Assembly: GCA_045600465.1 (NCBI GenBank)
Contig: JAZRXY010000020.1
Span: 2,396-66,395 of the forward strand
Source of the DNA: Bacilli bacterium
Lineage (GTDB): Bacteria > Bacillota_I > Bacilli_A > RFN20 > UBA1709
Direction of reading: 5' to 3'
Length of the DNA stretch: 64,000 bases
The notes beneath the pieces are model-generated. The model saw only the letters and a program-made list of their open reading frames with translations. It did not search any database and was not told the DNA's origin. Positions 47,786-56,314 of the stretch are shown piece after piece. Position 1 is the stretch's first letter; every line of letters begins with the position of its first letter. A program made the translations under genes and the position numbers.

Positions 47786-48220
47786 ATGTTTCATAAAGTT
47801 AAATCTGTTCTCCCACAAAAAGATTATTTTTTATTAGTGTCTTTTACTGAAGGAGTTAGTAAAATATATGATGTAAAACCACTATTTGAAAAATGGGAAG
47901 TTTTTAATAATTTAAAAAAAGCGCACGTTTTTGAAGAAGTAAAAGTAGATCAAGGCGGATATGGAATTTCATGGTCAGATGACATTGATTTGTCCTGTGA
48001 TGAGTTGTTTTTTAATGGAAAAATTATAGAAACACCTTTTGATGGTTTGATTGCTTTTACTGAAGCTTGTCAACTATGGAATTTAAATGAATCTACTCTT
48101 AGAAAAGCTGTTTCGTATGGAAAACTTGTAAATGGAATTGATGTTTGTAAATACGGGAAACAATGGGTTGTTTCTGTTAATGCTATGACAAGAGAATATG
48201 GTTCTTTACCAATAAAGTAA
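47786..48220 (+). CDS. DUF2442-family protein with C-terminal HTH-like extension
   Basis: KVKSVLPQKDYFLLVSFTEGVSKIYDVKPL fits DUF2442. The C-terminal FTEACQLWNLNESTLRKAVSYGKL..KYGKQWVV looks like a small DNA-binding HTH. ATG lies 2 nt after the upstream stop. Confidence 0.65.
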   Translation: MFHKVKSVLPQKDYFLLVSFTEGVSKIYDVKPLFEKWEVFNNLKKAHVFEEVKVDQGGYGISWSDDIDLSCDELFFNGKIIETPFDGLIAFTEACQLWNLNESTLRKAVSYGKLVNGIDVCKYGKQWVVSVNAMTREYGSLPIK

Positions 48221-48285
48221 TGTGATAATTTTATGCTTAGATAGGGTGAAATATTATTTAACACATGAACTGAAATTATAGAACT

Positions 48286-48325
48286 ATATAAAATATGACA
48301 AGTCCTATGATGGTCTTGTCTTTTT
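48286..48325 (+). repeat. Hairpin/terminator-like repeat, copy 2
   Basis: ATATAAAATATGACAAGTCCTATGATGGTCTTGTCTTTTT. Stem GACAAGTCC/GGTCTTGTC (one mismatch) followed by a T-run. Confidence 0.8.
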
Positions 48326-48434
48326 CTTATTTAGGGTTGTTTAAATATAAACAAGGTTGTTATAATTTAAGTAAATATTTAACTAGAATTTTTAATGATA
48401 TTAATTAAATGATTAATATAGGGAGGAAATGATT

Positions 48435-48992
48435 ATGAAGAACAAATTGCGTTTATTACCATCATTACTTATTGCGCTTAGTCTTTTAGTTAGTTGCAGC
48501 TCAAATAATAAAACAACTAATGTTAATAATGATAAAACTGGTAAAGATCTAGCCTCTATTCAAAATTTAAAGACAATTACTTTTGGTCTAGATTATAATC
48601 ATTTCCCGGTTGAATTGGGAGAATATACGTGTGTAAATAATCTTGGTGAAGAAATACCTTATGAACTTAAAAAAATTGGTAATGATACTAATATTACGTA
48701 CAATAACGATTTCTTTAATATAACCTCTACTTATGGAGAAAAAGGAATCTATCTTCTTAGAATATACGTGGATAATGTATATAAAGTTTCTTGCAAAATT
48801 CAAGGAGATGCAGATGATGGTCTTGCTGGGTTTAATGGAGAAAAAGACGGTAAATATTATTTCTATAGTTTATTAGCTAAAGAAGATTATATTGATCCAA
48901 ATTTTGAAACAAACTTAAGGAACGTATCAATTGAGTGTAGTGCAGTTGGGGATAGTAACTACTATAATTTAGTTATTACTTATAAAGATTAA
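48435..48992 (+). CDS. Lipoprotein, unknown function
   Basis: MKNKLRLLPSLLIALSLLVSCSS has the lipobox LVSC. ATG 48435 is well spaced from GGGAGG. Confidence 0.6.
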   Translation: MKNKLRLLPSLLIALSLLVSCSSNNKTTNVNNDKTGKDLASIQNLKTITFGLDYNHFPVELGEYTCVNNLGEEIPYELKKIGNDTNITYNNDFFNITSTYGEKGIYLLRIYVDNVYKVSCKIQGDADDGLAGFNGEKDGKYYFYSLLAKEDYIDPNFETNLRNVSIECSAVGDSNYYNLVITYKD

Positions 48993-49009
48993 CAAGTTAA
49001 AACAAACAT

Positions 49010-49036
49010 AAGGACACGAAAAACGTGTCCTTTTTG
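49010..49036 (+). terminator. Intrinsic terminator
   Basis: AAGGACACG-aaaaa-CGTGTCCTT followed by TTT. Confidence 0.8.
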
Positions 49037-49168
49037 TATGAGCGATAAATAAAGAATTTTGTTTTCAAACCCAAAAAGTGTGCCATATATGTATATTTTT
49101 TTGGTTTCAAACTTGAAAACTTTGATTATTCGTAATATAATAGGATAAATTAAACTGAGGTGATTGCT

Positions 49169-50377
49169 ATGATTAAACAAGACCTTATTAAAAGAGAAGA
49201 ATATCTTCGTTACATAAGACCATTTATTGATGTGAATATGGTCAAAATTATTGTTGGTGTTAGACGAAGTGGGAAGTCATATCTTTTAGATATGATAGGT
49301 GATGAGTTGTTATCAAAAGGTGTAAATAAAGATCATATTATCTATAAGTTGTATACAAGCGTTGAGGTCGAAAATGGCCTTGATAGGAAAGCAATGTATG
49401 AAGAATTAATATCTGAAATGAAAGATTCCAACAAATATTATTTGTTACTTGATGAAGTACAAGAAATTGATGGGTGGGAAAAAACGATTAATACTTTATT
49501 TGAAACTTGTAATGTAGATATTTATGTTACTGGTTCTAACTCCAAATTGACATCAGAAAACATTTCATCTTATCTCTCTGGACGATATATCCTTATTCCA
49601 ACATATACTCTTTCTTTCAAAGAATATTTGAGTTTTAAAAATATACCGGTGAGTGAAGATGCCTATAGGGAATATGTAAGATTTGGTGGTTTTCCAATTA
49701 TTGCGACATCAAACCTTGATACTTCAAAATCTTATGAGATAGTAGACGGAATTTACAATTCGATTATTAATAAGGATGTTCTAGCAAACCATCCGATTAG
49801 AGAAATAGATAAATTTAATAGAGTTATAAAGTTTTTAATTGATCATATGGGTCAAACTTTTTCTGCAAATTCTATTTCGGATTATTTAAAAAGTCAACAT
49901 AGGGAAATATCTGTTGAGTCTATCTATAACTATATTGCTTGGCTTAAAAATGCGTTCATTATTTATGAATGTAATAGATTCGATTTGAAAGGGAAGACAA
50001 TACTTAAAACACAAGAAAAATATTATCTTTCTGACATTTCACTTCGCTATGCGTTATTTGGCTATAATAGAAGCATGGATGATACACTTTTAGAAAATAT
50101 CATTTTTCTTGAACTAAAAAGACGAGGATACGAAGTCTATGTTGGTAAAAACGGAGCAAAAGAAATAGATTTTATTGCTAGAAAACGAGATGAAATTATT
50201 GAAATTCAAGCAACGGTTGAGCTTCCTACAAGTTCGAATAGAGAAATAAAAAATCTTGAAGAAATTAAAGACTTTCATCATAAATATGTCGTTTCGATGA
50301 ATAAAAATGATACCCAAACAATAAATGGAATAGAAGTAATAAGCATTGTGGATTTTCTTTTGAAGGAAAACTGGTAA
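49169..50377 (+). CDS. AAA-type ATPase with DUF4143-like C-terminal domain
   Basis: Walker A GVRRSGKS, Walker B YLLLDEVQ, and the architecture of the common ATP-binding protein (COG1373 type). Confidence 0.7.
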   Translation: MIKQDLIKREEYLRYIRPFIDVNMVKIIVGVRRSGKSYLLDMIGDELLSKGVNKDHIIYKLYTSVEVENGLDRKAMYEELISEMKDSNKYYLLLDEVQEIDGWEKTINTLFETCNVDIYVTGSNSKLTSENISSYLSGRYILIPTYTLSFKEYLSFKNIPVSEDAYREYVRFGGFPIIATSNLDTSKSYEIVDGIYNSIINKDVLANHPIREIDKFNRVIKFLIDHMGQTFSANSISDYLKSQHREISVESIYNYIAWLKNAFIIYECNRFDLKGKTILKTQEKYYLSDISLRYALFGYNRSMDDTLLENIIFLELKRRGYEVYVGKNGAKEIDFIARKRDEIIEIQATVELPTSSNREIKNLEEIKDFHHKYVVSMNKNDTQTINGIEVISIVDFLLKENW

Positions 50378-50415
50378 CAAACGTAGATTTTACTTATAAA
50401 GAAAAGGTGAAAAAA

Positions 50416-50862
50416 ATGAAAAAATATTATGTTGCATATGGCTCAAACTTAAACTTAATCCACATGAAATTTCGCTGCCCAAACGCAAAACTAGTAGGTA
50501 GCAGTTTTATTAATGATTATCAGCTTTTATTTAAAAATAAAGAAACAAGGAATTCTTATTTAACTATTGAAAAATGTCTTGGCTCTAAACTACCTGTAGG
50601 AATATTTGAAGTTAATAGTGAAGATGAAAAGAATTTAGATATTTATGAAGATTATCCTGAATTATATTACAAAAAAGATATTGAAATTATTTTAAATAAT
50701 AAAACAATTAATGCTTTCATTTATATTATGTATGAGGATCAAACTAAACTAGGAGTTCCCAAGGATAGTTATTTAAAAGAATGCCTAAAAGGCTATGAAG
50801 ATTTTGGGTTTGATGAAGCTTATCTTGATAAAGCCTATGAAATGAGTTTAAAAAACAGATAG
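50416..50862 (+). CDS. Gamma-glutamylcyclotransferase (AIG2/GGCT-like) family protein
   Basis: YYVAYGSNLNLIHMKFRCPNAK matches the YGSNL...RCP signature. Confidence 0.65.
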   Translation: MKKYYVAYGSNLNLIHMKFRCPNAKLVGSSFINDYQLLFKNKETRNSYLTIEKCLGSKLPVGIFEVNSEDEKNLDIYEDYPELYYKKDIEIILNNKTINAFIYIMYEDQTKLGVPKDSYLKECLKGYEDFGFDEAYLDKAYEMSLKNR

Positions 50863-50938
50863 TTTTAAATAAAAAGACTCAACGAAATAAAGTGTATATC
50901 AATTGTTTATCATACATATCCAATTTCATAGAAACATA

Positions 50939-50966
50939 AAAAATTGGTATTGCTACCAACTTTTTA
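50939..50966. terminator. Bidirectional intrinsic terminator
   Basis: AAAAA-TTGGTA-ttgc-TACCAA-cTTTTT between convergent genes. Confidence 0.65.
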
Positions 50967-50969
50967 AGT

Positions 50970-52751
50970 TTATCTATCTTTAGAGTAAACAAGACTTCCT
51001 TCAAAATAAACTTGTTCAATTTCTACATTATGGATAGTTCTTAAATCATCTAAGTTAACATAATCTAGAAAATTAGTATCCATAATTACAAAATCGGCAT
51101 TTTTACCAACTTTAATTGAACCACATTTATTATCGATCCCCATTTGTTTTGCACCATTAATTGTTAGACACTCTAAGATTTCTCTAACACTTAATAGTTC
51201 ATCAGGATTGTAAGGAGAACCTTCTAAGTTAGGGGTAATACCAGTGGTTGCAACTTCAATAATATTTTGAATATTACCTAAAACTTCTTCTCCACAAGGG
51301 GCATCAGTGGAGCTTGAAACTAAGACACCTGCATCAATAAGAGATTTCATAGGGTAACCTTTTAGGGCAATATCTTCAGGAATTAATCCATAATCAATTG
51401 CACTTTGTAGCAAGGCATCATATTCATTAGAACTAGAATGCCAGATTAAATTAGCGGCCATCCCAATATTATTTTCAGCGGCTTTAGTAATGTCTTCATC
51501 AGTGATATTTCTTACATGCGCTAAAGTGTTATTATAGTGCTTATTTAATTTTTCTTCTGAAGATATATAGGCATCAATGACGGCATTACATGCTGCATCA
51601 CCAAAGGTGTGAGTATGGACATTCATTCCTTCTTTATTAGCTTCGTAGACTAGATTATTAAGTTCTTCCTTGGACCAGATTTGATTACCATAGTAATCTC
51701 CACCTTCTTGATAAGGATTTAATAACCAACCAGTCATGGCTTCAACGACTCCATCAGCAAAGAGTTTAACATTATTTGGGTCAAAATGTTCACTTTTATA
51801 GGTGCTAGCAAGAGATTTAATTTCTTGGATACGAGTTTTATACTTATTATCTTCAAAAGATCGTATTGTATCAAAAGAAGAAATGTTAACGTTAAGTTTG
51901 TTTTCTGAATCAACTTTATTGATAGCACTATAAAATCCATCTTTGCTTAAATAATTGATATATGCTTCTAGATAATTTGTAAATCCTCTTTCGTTTAATG
52001 TTGCAACTGCATTTTTAACAGCATCAACAAAAAAGTCTTCACCAAGTTCACTTAGATCAATGCATTTTTCAACAACATAAGGGGCAAGTTCATCACTGAT
52101 CCAGCCACTATATTTAGGAGATGTTCCAGTAGTTTCTATTACGTTACCTCCTCTAACATATTGGATGTTACCATTGCTATCGATTAATCCTGCTTTTTTT
52201 AGTGCAAATGTATTACATAGAGCCTGGTGGCCAGAATTATCAAAACAAATAACAGGAATATCAGGGGCGATTTTATCTAATTCATCAGCATAGCAAATGG
52301 TTCTATCCCAACCATTTAGTCCATTCGTGTATTCATCATAAATTAATCCCCAAGACATAAAGAATTTTGGTTTTTCTTTAGATGAGATTTGTTTAGTAAG
52401 TTCTTCTTTAATATCATCATATTGGGCATTTAGGCAAGGAAGTTTTTTAATAATTGAATCGATGCCAATAAAATGACCATGACCTTCTGTTGCGCCAGGA
52501 ATTGTTAGGCCTTTATTATTATCAATAACTATTGTTTTACCTTCTTTAATATATTTTTGAACATCATTTTTATTTCCAACATAGATAAATTTTCCATCTT
52601 TAACTGCAAAAGCTTCAGCTAGTCCATTGTTTTCTTGCTCAGCTGTATAAATAGGGCCTAAAACAACAGTGTCAGCATAGTTAACTCTATTAGAACATCC
52701 AGTTAGTGGGATAATAATTAATAATGAGAGTAAAAGAGTTTTAATTTTCAT
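50970..52751 (-). CDS. Amidohydrolase-3 family metal-dependent hydrolase, lipoprotein
   Basis: Lipobox PLTGCS. Metal-ligand regions ATEGHGHF, HTHTFGDAA and SSTDAP. About 590 aa, typical of the amidohydrolase 3 family. Confidence 0.75.
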   Translation of the reverse strand: MKIKTLLLSLLIIIPLTGCSNRVNYADTVVLGPIYTAEQENNGLAEAFAVKDGKFIYVGNKNDVQKYIKEGKTIVIDNNKGLTIPGATEGHGHFIGIDSIIKKLPCLNAQYDDIKEELTKQISSKEKPKFFMSWGLIYDEYTNGLNGWDRTICYADELDKIAPDIPVICFDNSGHQALCNTFALKKAGLIDSNGNIQYVRGGNVIETTGTSPKYSGWISDELAPYVVEKCIDLSELGEDFFVDAVKNAVATLNERGFTNYLEAYINYLSKDGFYSAINKVDSENKLNVNISSFDTIRSFEDNKYKTRIQEIKSLASTYKSEHFDPNNVKLFADGVVEAMTGWLLNPYQEGGDYYGNQIWSKEELNNLVYEANKEGMNVHTHTFGDAACNAVIDAYISSEEKLNKHYNNTLAHVRNITDEDITKAAENNIGMAANLIWHSSSNEYDALLQSAIDYGLIPEDIALKGYPMKSLIDAGVLVSSSTDAPCGEEVLGNIQNIIEVATTGITPNLEGSPYNPDELLSVREILECLTINGAKQMGIDNKCGSIKVGKNADFVIMDTNFLDYVNLDDLRTIHNVEIEQVYFEGSLVYSKDR

Positions 52752-52840
52752 ATTTATATTTACCTTCCTTTTTATAATTCTTATTATATTTTAGAAAGAG
52801 AAAAAAACATGAGTCAAGTGCGTAAGATTATTATGTAATA

Positions 52841-52868
52841 ATAAAAAGTTAGGGGGCTCCTAACTTTT
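52841..52868 (-). terminator. Intrinsic terminator after the PadR gene
   Basis: On the minus strand: AGTTAGG-agccc-CCTAACT followed by TTTTT. It overlaps the stop codon. Confidence 0.6.
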
Positions 52869-53177
52869 ATATGCTCTTTCCATAAGCTCATCATATACTT
52901 GTGTAATGACTTTTAAATCATTATCAAATTCAATCAAACGATCTTCACCTTTTTTGGTGATTTTGTAATAATTTCTAAGTCTACCATTTTGCTTTAATGA
53001 ATAGGTTTCTAAATCACCATATTTACATAGTCTTCTAAGTATTGGATAAAGGGTTGATTCACTTATATCAAAAAATGGTGCGAGGTATTGCACAATCTTA
53101 TAACCATATGAGTCATTTCGCTTTAAAAAAGCTAAGACATAGAACTCAATAATACCTTTTTTAAGTTGTTGATTCAT
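52860..53177 (-). CDS. PadR-family transcriptional regulator
   Basis: LKKGIIEFYVLAFLKRNDSYGYKIVQYL is the PadR wHTH signature. Confidence 0.85.
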   Translation of the reverse strand: MNQQLKKGIIEFYVLAFLKRNDSYGYKIVQYLAPFFDISESTLYPILRRLCKYGDLETYSLKQNGRLRNYYKITKKGEDRLIEFDNDLKVITQVYDELMERAYKS

Positions 53178-53197
53178 ATAACTTTCTCCTCTATAAT
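53169..53197 (+). promoter_or_regulatory. Candidate sigma-A promoter of the nrdD-like/lplA/gcv unit
   Basis: TTGATT (53169-53174), 17-nt spacer, TATAAT (53192-53197). Confidence 0.5.
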
Positions 53198-53200
53198 ATT

Positions 53201-53216
53201 ATATATTGCATAGTGT
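53201..53216. promoter_or_regulatory. NrdR-box-like site (half-site conserved)
   Basis: ATATATTGCATAGTGT shares 13 of 17 positions, including ATAGTGTA, with the site upstream of nrdG (9251-9267). Confidence 0.35.
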
Positions 53217-53257
53217 AGCTTTTCAACTTTAAATAAAGTTGAAGAAAGGAGCAAATT

Positions 53258-55348
53258 ATGGTAACAGAAATTATCAAAAGAGATGGAAGAATAATCCCTT
53301 ATAATGAAGAGAAAATTGCTAATGCTATTTTTAAGGCTGCTAGTGCTGTTGCTAAGAAAGAAAATTTGACTCCAAGTAGAGAACTTGCGAACAGTTTAGC
53401 TAATGAAGTTACAGCAAAAATAAACGAAAAATTTGTAGACACTAAACCAAGTGTTGAACAAATCCAAGATGTGGTTGTAGAAACACTTATTAAAAAGGGC
53501 CATGTTAAAACCGTTAATGCTTATATTATTTATCGAGCAGAGCGAAATAAGAAAAGAACAGAAAATTTGCCTATCATCAAATCAATTAGAGATATCACTG
53601 ATTTAGATACGATCGAACAAAACTCTAAAAAGAATAATCCTAACATTGATTCAAAAACTGCGATGGGTAAGATTTTTATGTATGGCAGTGAAGTATCAAA
53701 AGCTTATGCTAAACAATACATTTTAAAGCCTAATGTTGCCGTTGCTCATGATAATGGTGATATTTATATTCATGATCTGGATTTCAGTGCGATTGGGACG
53801 CTTTGTTCTTGTAATATTGATATGGAATCCTTATTTGAAAGAGGTTTTTCAACAGGTGTTGGTGTTTTAAGAACACCACAAAATATTTCAACATACGCTT
53901 CATTACTTGCAATAGTAATTCAAGCAAATCAAAACGATGAGCATGGTGATCAAAACGTTTTTGATTACGATAGTGTAATGGCAAGAGGTATTGAAAAAAC
54001 TTATGTTAAAATTTATCGAAACAATGTGGCTAAAGCATTGGCATTTTTTGGGGTAGAAATTAAACCGCAATATTATTTAAATGGCGCGATACCAACGCTA
54101 GAAAATAATGCTAAATTCATTAAAGAAGAAACCAAATATTTAACTAATTTAAAAGTTATAAAAGATGTTAAGAAATTCCAAACAATTGTTGCAAATGAAA
54201 CACTAGATGATTTGGAAAAAGAAGTATATCAAACTAATGAAGCTTTAATTCATACGCTTAATATTATTCCTAGCAAAAATGGCGCACAAGTTCCTTGCTC
54301 ATGTCTTGATTTAGGGCTTGATACATCTAGCAGTGGAAGACTGGCTTCTAAGATGCTATTAAATGCAATTGAAAGTGGAATAGGAAATGGCGACAATCCA
54401 AGTTATCCTAATATTACTTTCAAGGTAAAAGAGGGAGTGAATCTAAAACCTAGTGATCCAAACTATTATTTATTAAAACTTGCAATTAAAGTGGCAATGA
54501 AACGTAGTAATATCAACTTTAGTTTTTTAGATGCTGATTTTAATAATAGTCAAGTTTGCTACAGCAAAAATAGATATAGAATTCTAGAAAATGTTAATGG
54601 TGAAAAAGGCTCTAAATCTAGAGGAAATCTATCTAAAACAACCATTAACCTAGTTTCTTTAGGAATTAAACATGGTAAAAAGACCTTGAATAAGTTAGAT
54701 TTAGAAGGCTTTTATAAAGAACTAGATGAAGAACTGGATTTAGTAAAGATTCAATTGTTACAAAGATATGAAATTCAAGGCAAAAGAAAAGTTAAAAACT
54801 TTCCATTTTTGATGGGGCAAGGAATATTTAAAAATAGCGAAACACTAGATAGTGAAGGTATGATTGAAAGTGTTATCAATCAAGGGACACTATCGATTGG
54901 CTTTATTGGCTTAGATGAATGTTTGCTAGCTTTAAGCGAAAACAATAGAGTAGACGATGAGTTTACTAGAAATCTAGGTTTAGAAATAATAAAGCATATG
55001 AAAGACTATGCGGATAAAATAAGTGCAGAAACTAAACTAAATTTCAATATTTACGCAACTCCAAATAGTGAAAGTTTAAAATCATTAGTTATTAAAGATA
55101 AGCGTCGTTATGGTTTAATTAAAGGAATCACTGATAAAGAAGAATATAGTGACTCATTTATGCTAAATAACAATATTGAAATAAGCGCATTTGATAAGAT
55201 TAAAATTGAAGCACCTTACCATAAACTTACTCTAGGGGGTCATAAGTGTGTTGTGACTTGTTCTAGTGAGGAAGAATTTGAAAAATTAATTAATGAAATG
55301 AAGAAAAACAATGTCGGGTTAGGCACTATTAATTATGTATTACGTTAA
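53258..55348 (+). CDS. NrdD-like protein: ATP-cone + class III RNR barrel, lacking the zinc-ribbon/glycyl-radical C-terminus
   Basis: VTEIIKRDGRIIPYNEEKIANAI (ATP-cone). AHDNGDIYIHDL, TTINLVSLG and IYATPNSES align with nrdD at 10019. The protein ends at ..GTINYVLR, with no CxxC...CxxC or RxxGY motif. Confidence 0.7.
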   Translation: MVTEIIKRDGRIIPYNEEKIANAIFKAASAVAKKENLTPSRELANSLANEVTAKINEKFVDTKPSVEQIQDVVVETLIKKGHVKTVNAYIIYRAERNKKRTENLPIIKSIRDITDLDTIEQNSKKNNPNIDSKTAMGKIFMYGSEVSKAYAKQYILKPNVAVAHDNGDIYIHDLDFSAIGTLCSCNIDMESLFERGFSTGVGVLRTPQNISTYASLLAIVIQANQNDEHGDQNVFDYDSVMARGIEKTYVKIYRNNVAKALAFFGVEIKPQYYLNGAIPTLENNAKFIKEETKYLTNLKVIKDVKKFQTIVANETLDDLEKEVYQTNEALIHTLNIIPSKNGAQVPCSCLDLGLDTSSSGRLASKMLLNAIESGIGNGDNPSYPNITFKVKEGVNLKPSDPNYYLLKLAIKVAMKRSNINFSFLDADFNNSQVCYSKNRYRILENVNGEKGSKSRGNLSKTTINLVSLGIKHGKKTLNKLDLEGFYKELDEELDLVKIQLLQRYEIQGKRKVKNFPFLMGQGIFKNSETLDSEGMIESVINQGTLSIGFIGLDECLLALSENNRVDDEFTRNLGLEIIKHMKDYADKISAETKLNFNIYATPNSESLKSLVIKDKRRYGLIKGITDKEEYSDSFMLNNNIEISAFDKIKIEAPYHKLTLGGHKCVVTCSSEEEFEKLINEMKKNNVGLGTINYVLR

Positions 55349-56165
55349 TCTTGATAAATACGAAAATAAAACTCCGCAATTTTATCTAGGGGTAGAAGAA
55401 TATTTACTTAAAAATTCTAGTAAAGAATATCTTTTACTATGGACTTGTTTACCTAGTGTGATTTATGGAACAAATCAAGTAGTATATAACGAAGTTAATT
55501 TGAATTATCTAAAAGAAAATAATATCAATTTGTGTAGAAGATTTAGTGGTGGTGGCGCAGTATATGCTGATACCAAGAATTTAATGTACACTTTTATTTT
55601 AAATGTTAAGCCTAATGAAACTAGACAAGATATCTTTGCTAAATGTTTAGCAAAGATTTGTAAAGTATTTAAAGATAGATTGAATCTAGAAGTAACATAT
55701 TCTGGAAGAAATGACTTATTAGTTAATGGCGCTAAGATATCAGGTAGTGCTTTTTATTACTATGGAAGCAGAGTAGTATTCCATGGCACTTTATTATATG
55801 ATGTTGATATTTTAACTATGAGCAAAGTTTTAAAGCCAAATAAGAAAAAACTAGACATTAAAGGTATTGATAGTGTGGCGAAACGTGTAATAAATTTAAA
55901 AGATGTCACAAAGTACTCATTACTTGAAATAAAAAAAGCTTTAAAAGAAGAGTTGGCAAGCGAAGAAATTAATAGTTTTGATTTTAATTTAATTAAAAAA
56001 TATCAAGATAAGTTAGAAAGTAATGAATGGATAATGGGGAAGACTATTGAAGCTAATTACCATAACGAAATTCAATTTAGTGAAGGAATTATTGCGGCGG
56101 ATATTAAACTAGTTAATGGTTTAATTTACGATGTTAAGCTAAGTGGGGACTATTTTAGTCTTTAA
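55335..56165 (+). CDS. lplA: Lipoate-protein ligase (LplA/LplJ type), truncated by an in-frame TAA
   Basis: CRRFSGGGAVYADTKNL and GAKISGSAFY motifs. The ORF stops at TAA 56163-56165, but the same frame stays open to TGA 56316-56318 and encodes LplA-like C-terminal sequence. Confidence 0.8.
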   Translation: MYYVNLDKYENKTPQFYLGVEEYLLKNSSKEYLLLWTCLPSVIYGTNQVVYNEVNLNYLKENNINLCRRFSGGGAVYADTKNLMYTFILNVKPNETRQDIFAKCLAKICKVFKDRLNLEVTYSGRNDLLVNGAKISGSAFYYYGSRVVFHGTLLYDVDILTMSKVLKPNKKKLDIKGIDSVAKRVINLKDVTKYSLLEIKKALKEELASEEINSFDFNLIKKYQDKLESNEWIMGKTIEANYHNEIQFSEGIIAADIKLVNGLIYDVKLSGDYFSL

Positions 56166-56314
56166 GATTCAAATATATTAATTAATTATTTAATTAATAT
56201 TGTGTATGAAAAAGATAAAATCTATGATATAATCAAAAAGATAATCGTTGGCGATTATATTTTTGGTCTTTCTAACGATGAATTTATTAGGTTACTAATT
56301 GAGGGAGAGAAGTT

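Noticed and set aside
47361-48325. Possible CRISPR array or integron-type attC sites suggested by the repeated 40-nt hairpins
   Set aside because: There are only two copies, about 925 bp apart, with protein-coding genes between them. No cas or integrase genes are in the window. Kept instead as a repeat finding.
56166-56314. Apparent 150-nt leader upstream of gcvT as a candidate glycine riboswitch
   Set aside because: No GGAGAG...CACCG...GGGCAA-type conserved cores are present. The segment reads as the in-frame continuation of lplA and ends in an ATGA overlap with gcvT.
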